Shown in pieces: positions 56,545 through 64,000 of a DNA stretch of 64,000 nt. The number at the start of each line of letters is the position of its first letter. Position 1 is the stretch's first letter. Position numbers and translations under genes: made by a program. Source of the DNA: Spirochaetia bacterium. GTDB taxonomy: Bacteria; Spirochaetota; Spirochaetia; UBA9216. Location: the NCBI GenBank assembly GCA_963675665.1, contig OY776510.1, positions 1,632,001-1,696,000 of the forward strand. Direction: 5' to 3'. Under the pieces are notes generated by a model. It made no database searches and was not told the origin of the DNA. It saw only the letters and a program-made list of their open reading frames with translations.

Positions 56545-57995
56545 TCTTTCAGACGTGTCTTTGCCGGCAGTTCCATCCGAAATACTACAGTGTTAAATGC
56601 AGTATTTCTGGCTGTTATTTTTCCGCTGTTTTTCTCAACTATGGTTTTTGAGATTGCGAGACCCAGCCCGCTGCCGTGGTAGCCGGTATTCTTGCTGCGA
56701 TAAAGCCTGTCGAAGATTAATGGAAGATCCTTTTCTTCAATCATCCCTGTGTTTTCAATTTCGACAGCAATTACTTCAGATTCATTGATAATACTTTTTA
56801 CCAACTCTGCTGAAATTTTAATATGAGTGTTTTCCGGGGCGTTATTGAGCGCGTTAACCGCCAGGTTATTCATTACCCGCATTATTCCAATTCTGTCTGT
56901 TTCAATGAATAGTGAATTATCTTGCCTGACAAATTCGAATAATATATTTTTTTGTTTTGCCTGAAGCTGAAATCTTGCCAGGACTTCCTCAATTAGCGAG
57001 TTCATATCAAATGCCTCCGGTTCCGGAATATAATCTTCGGATGCAAGTTTTGTGTATTTTGAAAGTTCGGAAATTATTTCCTCAATTCGTTCAAATTCAG
57101 AAGATAACAGATTTATCCGTTTATTATTAATCTGAAGAACTCCGTCGCATAAGGCTTCAAACTGGATGCTGAGAGCAGACACAGGGGTTTTTAAATCGTG
57201 AATAATGTCTTTTAATTTTCTTAGTTGGGCTTCCTCGCTGTATTTTAATTCTTTTTGAAGGCTTTCTGCCGCTTTTGTTGAAGATTCCATTTCTTTTGTT
57301 GTGCCCCGGATAAAATTTACGTTTCGCTTGCCCCCGGCAAGCTCGGCAAGCTGCCCTGCAAAAATCTTTGAATGTTTGCTTATATTTCCGGATATCAGTA
57401 ATGATATTGTAAATGAAATAATTAACGAAAAGATAATACCGATAAAGAATGCTTTTGTAATTATCTGATCAAAATAAACCGAATATTTATATCCCATAAG
57501 GGGGTACGATAAAATTTCCACTCTTCCCAGTTCATTATGCATTTTTCCTGTCAGCACACCGGATTTGCTGTTTTTATTTTGAAGGATAGAGTACCTTACC
57601 CTTGCTGTCCATTTAATTAATTCGGGTTTGAGAGAAGAAAATCTTAACGGCGACTTTACCGGTATATCGGAAGATATCGATAAATTATACGACGAAAGCA
57701 GGTCTCCATTCCCTGAATAGTATCTGATAGAATGTAATTTGCCTTTAAACTCATCAAGTGAATTTTCCGTGAGCTCTGTTAACTCAAACCTGCTGAGTTC
57801 TGATATATCGTCTATATCCGCGTGTTTTTCCGAGAGAGCAATATTCAGCGCTGCCGTAATGTCTGTTTTTACAACTTCTTCCCATTCGGCAGTGACCTGC
57901 AGAAAGCCGATTATGATGCTGAAACTCAGCAGGGTGATAATAAGAATATTAACCGAGATTAGAGCAATTGTGAAATTTGTTCCCATACTTTTCAT
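56535..57995 (-). CDS. Membrane sensor histidine kinase
   Basis: HDLKTP H-box, IFDRLYR and GSGLGLAI; two TM helices. Confidence 0.85.
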   Translation of the reverse strand: MKSMGTNFTIALISVNILIITLLSFSIIIGFLQVTAEWEEVVKTDITAALNIALSEKHADIDDISELSRFELTELTENSLDEFKGKLHSIRYYSGNGDLLSSYNLSISSDIPVKSPLRFSSLKPELIKWTARVRYSILQNKNSKSGVLTGKMHNELGRVEILSYPLMGYKYSVYFDQIITKAFFIGIIFSLIISFTISLLISGNISKHSKIFAGQLAELAGGKRNVNFIRGTTKEMESSTKAAESLQKELKYSEEAQLRKLKDIIHDLKTPVSALSIQFEALCDGVLQINNKRINLLSSEFERIEEIISELSKYTKLASEDYIPEPEAFDMNSLIEEVLARFQLQAKQKNILFEFVRQDNSLFIETDRIGIMRVMNNLAVNALNNAPENTHIKISAELVKSIINESEVIAVEIENTGMIEEKDLPLIFDRLYRSKNTGYHGSGLGLAISKTIVEKNSGKITARNTAFNTVVFRMELPAKTRLKDYL

Positions 57996-58009
57996 AGTGT
58001 TTCAATATT

Positions 58010-58035
58010 ACATCCAATCAACATCCAATCAACAT
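58010..58035. promoter_or_regulatory. 11-bp tandem direct repeat in the divergent HK/RR promoter
   Basis: acatccaatca-acatccaatca-acat. Confidence 0.45.
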
Positions 58036-58151
58036 ATTGTCAATATATCTTCAGGGCATTTTTACATAGTTTACAAAGCAATTACATTAATTTAACAAAC
58101 AAGATTTATTTCGGACTTATAATCAGAAAATGTTTTCATACGGGAGTGGTT

Positions 58152-58850
58152 ATGCAGACTATTGCAATTATTGAAGATAATACGGCAATAAGAGAGGCCG
58201 TTGCAGCTTATCTTAAAATTGAAGACTTTGAAGTTGTTGAATTTGAATCCTGTTCGGGAGTTAAAGATTATTTGAGAAAGAAAGATGTTGATCTTGCATT
58301 GATGGATATTACTCTTCCGGACGGTGATGGATTTTATCTTGTCAAGGAAATAAGAAATTTTTCCGACATACCTATTATTTTTCTTACATCAAGGTCTGCA
58401 GAATCAGACAGAATCCTCGGTTTTGAATTGGGGGGTGATGATTATATCCAGAAGCCCTTTTCTCATAAGGAATTGATCCTGCGCATAAAGGCCGTACTTA
58501 AACGCAGAAAACCGGATAAAGATGAAGATCAGGCTGTAAATATTCAGTTCTGGCAGGCCGGCGACAGCATTATAAAAATGGATATTCCCGGTCATAAAAT
58601 ATATCTGAATGATGAAGAGGTGAAATTCACATTAACGGAATGGAAGATTCTGACCTATCTTATTTCAAATGCACATGTAGTTCTTTCGCGTGAGCAGATT
58701 CTTGATCATTCGCTTGAATACTGTTTTGACGGGTACGACAGAATAGTTGACAGTCATATAAAGAATATTCGCGCAAAGCTTGGCTCCGAACTCTGGATAG
58801 AAACAGTTCGCGGTTATGGCTACAGCTTTTGCGGTACAAATCATAAATAA
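58152..58850 (+). CDS. OmpR-family response regulator
   Basis: IIED, MDITLP, GGDDYIQKPF and RIVDSHI motifs. Confidence 0.9.
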   Translation: MQTIAIIEDNTAIREAVAAYLKIEDFEVVEFESCSGVKDYLRKKDVDLALMDITLPDGDGFYLVKEIRNFSDIPIIFLTSRSAESDRILGFELGGDDYIQKPFSHKELILRIKAVLKRRKPDKDEDQAVNIQFWQAGDSIIKMDIPGHKIYLNDEEVKFTLTEWKILTYLISNAHVVLSREQILDHSLEYCFDGYDRIVDSHIKNIRAKLGSELWIETVRGYGYSFCGTNHK

Positions 58851-58952
58851 AAAGCAGCGTTTGAAAAAACAAATACACCACACATAACATACATATATTT
58901 CACACAATACACGCTCATTCTGTCTCTAAATATTTTATTCCCAAGGAGAAAA

Positions 58953-60044
58953 ATGAATATGAAAAAGCTGTTAATTGTGCTTGCATTACTTATTGCGGCG
59001 GGGGCGGTTGTTTTTGCTGAACCGGAGATAAGCGGTGAATTGATGCTGGGGGCAACGGATCTCTTTACTCCGGATATTTCGACATCAGCCCTTAAGGCCG
59101 AACTGAATATCGATGCTGCCATAGATGAGAATACCACGGTAAATCTTGAGCTTGATTCTGAAGGCGCCGACTGGGCCGGCCAGGAAACAATGGAAGATGA
59201 TCCTGCTACTGAAGAAGATGAAACAGCGTCCTACCATTCCGTGAGCAATATTTCTGTAGATGATTTCCGTGTAACTTCAAATCTTGCAGGAGCCCTTGGT
59301 GTTGATACGTTTGATGTAAATGTTACAGTAGGCCTTTTTGATACCTACTTCTGCAACTGGAATTATGTATCCAGAAGCGGTGAGGAGTACTACTATTCAA
59401 CACCTGCCGGCGATTATCTCTGGACTCAGGGGCAGATGCAGCCTTCGACTGATCTCGCTTTTGCCGTCGACCTGGGCTATGCCGGTTACAACCTTATGTA
59501 CTGGCTGGATTTTGCAGCTTCTCATATGAATATTGCAGTTGCCGGCGAGCCGGTTGAAGGCGCAAATTTTCTGATAGGATATTACGGCGAAATGAACGCT
59601 TTCACTGACGGTAACCTGTGGATAGAAGCCGGTTATAATATTGATGCCGGTGCGGTTTCGCTTTTTGTCCCTGCTTCATTTACATATGATATTGACGGTG
59701 CTGCCGCCGGCTGGAGTTCCGGTATAGCCGCCGATATTGAGACCTTCCATGTTTCGGCCGGAATCGGAGGAGCAAGCGACACCTCGCTGTTTAAGGATTG
59801 TCTGGTAGAGATAAGCACGTCAGCTGTAGAAAATGCCGATATCTATGCCATTGCTGATATGGATTTCAACGAATCCACTCCATTCCAGTCAATAGATATA
59901 GGCGGCAAATATAATTTCGGCGCCTTCGGTGTCGGAGTCGGTTATGTAGCGGCTTCTTCTGAAGATGTAGCGACTGTTCTCTGGAGCGATTCCACATCAA
60001 TGACCGGAAGCGGATTATACCTGCTTGCGGATGTTGATTTTTAA
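58953..60044 (+). CDS. Putative outer-membrane beta-barrel protein
   Basis: Signal peptide (VFA/E), alternating aromatic/Gly beta-strand pattern, C-terminal Phe (YLLADVDF). Confidence 0.65.
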   Translation: MNMKKLLIVLALLIAAGAVVFAEPEISGELMLGATDLFTPDISTSALKAELNIDAAIDENTTVNLELDSEGADWAGQETMEDDPATEEDETASYHSVSNISVDDFRVTSNLAGALGVDTFDVNVTVGLFDTYFCNWNYVSRSGEEYYYSTPAGDYLWTQGQMQPSTDLAFAVDLGYAGYNLMYWLDFAASHMNIAVAGEPVEGANFLIGYYGEMNAFTDGNLWIEAGYNIDAGAVSLFVPASFTYDIDGAAAGWSSGIAADIETFHVSAGIGGASDTSLFKDCLVEISTSAVENADIYAIADMDFNESTPFQSIDIGGKYNFGAFGVGVGYVAASSEDVATVLWSDSTSMTGSGLYLLADVDF

Positions 60045-60070
60045 AAATATTCTTCGTTTTTGTTTTGCTT

Positions 60071-60106
60071 TTAAAAAGACGGGCATTTACTGCCTGTCTT
60101 TTTTAA
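60071..60106 (+). terminator. Rho-independent terminator
   Basis: aaaaagacgggca-tttac-tgcctgtctttttt. Confidence 0.75.
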
Positions 60107-60224
60107 TGTCTTTGCATTCAACATTAAATACATACAATTCTTCATCAAGGTTACATTTTCAATCCATCCAGTCTCAATATTACTGAATTAGATTATCAGT
60201 ACATTCAATTCAAGGAGTTTCAAA

Positions 60225-61046
60225 ATGAAGAGAAACATAATTATTCTTGCCGTATGTGCAACAGCGCTAATCAGCGGCTTCCCGGTATTCGCAGCTGGCA
60301 GCAGCGAGTATGCAACAGAAGGTAATGCCCTATGGTATAAAGCGGCGGACATTGTCGATGCAAGCGCATCGGTGCTTCCTGTGAAAAAGACTGTAGTATG
60401 GGAAGATTTGAGTCCGTCCGGAGATACCATAAGCAAAGACGAACTTGTTATCTTTTATAGCGAGGACAAAGATTATATTTTTTCCGGAACAACGGGTGAA
60501 CTGTTATCAGGTCAGAAGCTGGGAATAGATTTTGCAGGAGATTCTGCGGTCCTTTCAAAGAGGAGCGCCGTAAATGACGGCCTGCTGTGGACTCCCTTTG
60601 ATGACGACATAGATGATGCTGATGTAAAGGTTGTAAATACCGGTTCAGTTGAAAACCTGAGCGGGACAGAATGTTCAATATTTGAATACACTCTATACCG
60701 CGACGCCGCTCAGTATGGATATAATTTTGAAGAAGCTATAGCTGACAGTGATTTTCTCAATAAAAACTATAAGGATCCTGAAAGTAATATATGTATAAAG
60801 ACAACAGGCCGTGCCTGGATTGACGGTAAAGGAATACTCAGACAGCTTGAAACTGTAACAAGTTCCGGAAATGCCGAATATTGTGAAGTTGTCTTGTATG
60901 ATTATGATGGAAAAGCATTGTATCCTGTTGCATCGGTAATTGAAGGGACTCTGAATTTAACAGAAAACGATTTGATTGTACAGAATAACTTCAGGGTTAC
61001 TGAAAAAATGTCCGGTTACTGGAAGGCTTCGAATTTCTACAGGTAG
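60225..61046 (+). CDS. Exported beta-rich hypothetical protein
   Basis: Signal peptide ending FAAGSSE; AGGAG RBS. Confidence 0.65.
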   Translation: MKRNIIILAVCATALISGFPVFAAGSSEYATEGNALWYKAADIVDASASVLPVKKTVVWEDLSPSGDTISKDELVIFYSEDKDYIFSGTTGELLSGQKLGIDFAGDSAVLSKRSAVNDGLLWTPFDDDIDDADVKVVNTGSVENLSGTECSIFEYTLYRDAAQYGYNFEEAIADSDFLNKNYKDPESNICIKTTGRAWIDGKGILRQLETVTSSGNAEYCEVVLYDYDGKALYPVASVIEGTLNLTENDLIVQNNFRVTEKMSGYWKASNFYR

Positions 61047-61217
61047 GAATCCAGATAACTAACAATAGAAGCACACACAATCAACACATTTGCCGTGTAG
61101 ATTGAATTATCATATTATTTCAGACTTGCTTCTGCAAGTCAAATTTCCTCCCGGAAAAACGTACAGGACAAGTGCTGCTTTTCCGGGTTTTTTATATCTG
61201 CATGAGGCCTGTATTGA

Positions 61218-62726
61218 TTGTCAATTTCGACCGATAATAAAAACACTATGGACGGTTTTGACGATTATGCCGATACCGCAGAAAAACTTCTTCTTCTGCA
61301 GCTGTACGAAAAGGTTATAAATGGTGAACTTACTACCTTCTCCTCATTAAAGAAAGCAGTTTCCAAATACAGGATCAGCCCCGGCCTTCGTAAGTGTCTG
61401 TTCAGGGTTTTTGCGCTTCAGCGCAAGTTGTACTGGGGGTTTTTTAAGGATGTAACGCCGAAAAAATACCCGGATTTGTGGCGAACGCTTGTGATAGCGG
61501 ATCAGAGTTTTCGTTTCGGCGGAGATCTTAAACGCTTTATGTCAATTCCCGATATCTATCTTGGTCTTCTTGATATCCATGGTTATACAAAATACTGCCA
61601 TGATAAAAAGAGAAATATGTCGATGATTGATCTGCTTGACAGGATGATCTATGAGGATGTAAACGCAATCTGTTTTGATTCGGGGGTTATCAGCAAACGG
61701 GCCCAGGGCGACGAGATTCTTCTGATAGGAGCATCAGCTTCTGATGTGCTTAATTCGGTACTTCAGATTATGGAGTATTTTAATACACAGGGCCGGTCGT
61801 TCAGCAATACAGTACTGAGCAGGAAACTGCCGGGAACAGTTCTTCCCAAATTTCAGATATCCGCCGGAATTGCCGGCGGGCAGAAATTTACACCGTTGAT
61901 AATTACACGTGACGGTGATATTTCCGGTGACATAGTCAATACTGCTGCAAGGCTTCAGGCCCGGGCAAACAAGATTAGCCCCGACAAGAATAAAATCATG
62001 TTAACAAACCATGTATATCAGAAATTGAAATTACCGGAAACGGGAAACAGGGAAGATATTTTTAAAAATATTGATTTCTTTAATACCGGAACCGTTGAAT
62101 TCAAGGGCGTCAGCCTGAATGTTTATGACGTTGTTTTTCTTCCTGAAGAGGAATGCCGGTTGAAGCTGGTGGAACCTATGGAAAATTTACACCGGAGTCT
62201 TGAGAAGAAACTTTGGAAATCCCGGGTCTTTATTGATTCGCTGGATATTGCGTCGGTAGCGGTCAAGCTGCTGCTTGAAAAAGGCTGCAAAGATACGGTT
62301 GCCGGAAGAAAATTTGAAGATAAATGTCGAAACCTTCTTGAATTGTATAAATCTTCCGGGACCATGTTTAACGCAATGTATTATGACGCTGCGCTCAGGA
62401 CTTATTCAATGATTGTTGATGAGCTGTCTGAAATTGATTCCATAGATAAAAACATACTCGAATACTTGCAGCTTGTACAAAATAACTACCGGATACTGAA
62501 TGGTGAATATACGAAACTTCTGGACGAAGAAGTTGCGATTAAATTAAATGAAATCTACAGCCCTGCAGAAAAAGAAAACTATCTTCAAATAAAAAAGCAT
62601 TCCAGGATGTATGAAAAAGTACAGGCGTCTACCCGTCTTAAGCTGAAGAACAGAAAAAAAATATGGATGAGCATTACGGATAAATTGGGTGATAATCTGG
62701 ATGTTGCTTTGCAATCTTTAAAGTAG
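61218..62726 (+). CDS. Soluble class III adenylate/guanylate cyclase-domain protein
   Basis: LLDIHGYT, QGDE and DISGDIVNTAARLQ motifs; start uncertain (TTG 61218 or ATG 61248). Confidence 0.7.
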   Translation: MSISTDNKNTMDGFDDYADTAEKLLLLQLYEKVINGELTTFSSLKKAVSKYRISPGLRKCLFRVFALQRKLYWGFFKDVTPKKYPDLWRTLVIADQSFRFGGDLKRFMSIPDIYLGLLDIHGYTKYCHDKKRNMSMIDLLDRMIYEDVNAICFDSGVISKRAQGDEILLIGASASDVLNSVLQIMEYFNTQGRSFSNTVLSRKLPGTVLPKFQISAGIAGGQKFTPLIITRDGDISGDIVNTAARLQARANKISPDKNKIMLTNHVYQKLKLPETGNREDIFKNIDFFNTGTVEFKGVSLNVYDVVFLPEEECRLKLVEPMENLHRSLEKKLWKSRVFIDSLDIASVAVKLLLEKGCKDTVAGRKFEDKCRNLLELYKSSGTMFNAMYYDAALRTYSMIVDELSEIDSIDKNILEYLQLVQNNYRILNGEYTKLLDEEVAIKLNEIYSPAEKENYLQIKKHSRMYEKVQASTRLKLKNRKKIWMSITDKLGDNLDVALQSLK

Positions 62727-62809
62727 ATCTCATAATTTTGCCTGTCTGATTGCGTTTGGAATTTGATTTCTCACATGCCGTATATTAAGATTTAACCGTA
62801 GAGGATTAT

Positions 62810-64000
62810 ATGGCGCTGAGCAGTCTGGAAGTTTCTGTTTTTTTATCTCTTGTAAATTTGATGCTTTCTGCAATAATGGCATATTCATGGTTGATAAACA
62901 AAAGACTGCCCGGGACAGGGGCCTGGACTACCGGGGTTCTGTGCTTGTCTCTGGGAATAGTATTTTTTATTATATCCGCCTCCTGTAACTATGCCCTGAT
63001 AAAAATAGCAGGTTTATTTTTCAGGATGGGCGGCGCATGTATTATTGTTTACGGGTGCGGGGTATTCATTGGCCGGGTTCTCAGCAAAAAGATAAGTATA
63101 GCGCTTTTTACGTTATTCAGTTTGTTTTCGGTTATTCTATTGGTGAATCAGGAACTGCAAGCGTACTTATTTATTATTGATATTTTCTTTATTATAATCT
63201 ACATCAGAGGTGTGGTTATTCTTGTTTCCGCCCGAAGGTCCGGTATAAAGGGCGGATTTGCAGTAGTCTACCCGTTATCTTTTTTTGCATTGTTTCATTT
63301 TTATAATTTTCTGAGATTCTTTCCATTATTCGGCAGAAATCTCCGGGAATTTTCCATCGGCGAGACGGCCAGTACATATACAGTTTTTCTCGGAGCCCTT
63401 GTTATGACGCAGGTCCTTCAGGGGTATTTTAAATTCCGGAATGAAATCATCGCCAGTGCGGAAGAGAAGGAAATGCTGCTTCGGGAAATGCATCACAGAA
63501 CCAAAAACAACCTCTCTCTTATAAATAATATGGTTGCTCTTGATTCGATGTATGTAGAAGATCCGGGCGCCCGCGACATACTTGAAATTCTGCGTAACAA
63601 GATAAAAACAGTAATGCTTCTGCATCAGCAACTTCAGGATGTTGAGGTTGCCGAGAGCATTAATGCTCAGGAATATCTCGGCCTCGTTGTTGATTCATTT
63701 TCCGACAGCAGGATCGGCGGAGAAAACATTGTTCAGTTGGAAAAAAATATTGAACCGATAGAACTTGAGGTGTCGTCAGCCATTCCTATAGGACTGATTC
63801 TTAATGAGTTGACGACAAATTGCTGCAAACATGCTTTTGAAGATCGTGAAAACGGAAGAATTAATATATCATTGAAACGTTTGGACGAGGTAATTGAAGT
63901 TGCCGTGTCTGATAACGGAAAAGGATTGACCAAACCACCCAAAGAAGGGTCTCTGGGATTATCGCTGGTTCGAAACCTTACAAAACAGCTCAATGGTGAG
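62810..64000 (+). CDS. Multi-TM sensor histidine kinase (HisKA_2 type), 3'-truncated by the window edge; not in the ORF track
   Basis: ATG at 62810 after GAGG; hydrophobic N-terminus, then in-frame EKEMLLREMHHRTKNNL, NELTTNCCKHAF and DNGKG; no stop before the window end. Confidence 0.85.
   Translation, partial: MALSSLEVSVFLSLVNLMLSAIMAYSWLINKRLPGTGAWTTGVLCLSLGIVFFIISASCNYALIKIAGLFFRMGGACIIVYGCGVFIGRVLSKKISIALFTLFSLFSVILLVNQELQAYLFIIDIFFIIIYIRGVVILVSARRSGIKGGFAVVYPLSFFALFHFYNFLRFFPLFGRNLREFSIGETASTYTVFLGALVMTQVLQGYFKFRNEIIASAEEKEMLLREMHHRTKNNLSLINNMVALDSMYVEDPGARDILEILRNKIKTVMLLHQQLQDVEVAESINAQEYLGLVVDSFSDSRIGGENIVQLEKNIEPIELEVSSAIPIGLILNELTTNCCKHAFEDRENGRINISLKRLDEVIEVAVSDNGKGLTKPPKEGSLGLSLVRNLTKQLNGE

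Noticed and set aside
61218-62726. Pycsar/CBASS-type defence cyclase
   Set aside because: No adjacent cyclic-nucleotide-binding TM or TIR effector; the neighbours are ordinary signalling genes.
62727-64000. Apparent non-coding gap or pseudogene at the right end
   Set aside because: It is one open frame from 62810 (a histidine kinase) that lacks a stop only because the window ends.

Overview
A gene-dense 64-kb bacterial chromosomal window, probably from a free-living anaerobic spirochaete (inferred from 'xGxxE' N-termini on the exported binding proteins and the overall gene content). It holds: (i) a sigma54-type catabolic cluster of DUF2877, split transketolase, split FdrA, DUF1116, a stand-alone SdhA/NadB-family flavoprotein, a divergent acetokinase, aldehyde:ferredoxin oxidoreductase and MoaD, followed by a TRAP transporter, isomerase, mutarotase, VOC protein and ALDH; (ii) a DeoR-BtpA/SgcQ-M29 peptidase-FGGY kinase operon; (iii) ROK plus GH94 cellobiose phosphorylase; (iv) a pentose/polyol cluster; (v) amtB-glnK; (vi) several two-component systems, an MCP, a sugar ABC transporter with a three-component regulator, a diguanylate cyclase, a class III cyclase and a beta-barrel protein. 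I found no rRNA, tRNA, CRISPR array or transposase. The most unusual signal is a 112-113 bp three-hairpin element, present as a 5-copy tandem array (20328-20889) and as a diverged solo copy (47753-47865). Both loci sit exactly at a start codon inside an operon and are flanked by ATGAA direct repeats. Each unit supplies a new Shine-Dalgarno site, 113-bp units encode a 38-codon ORF coupled by an ATGA overlap, and the opposite strand displays CsrA/RsmA-consensus ANGGA loops. All calls come from reading motifs by eye; no database searches were run.
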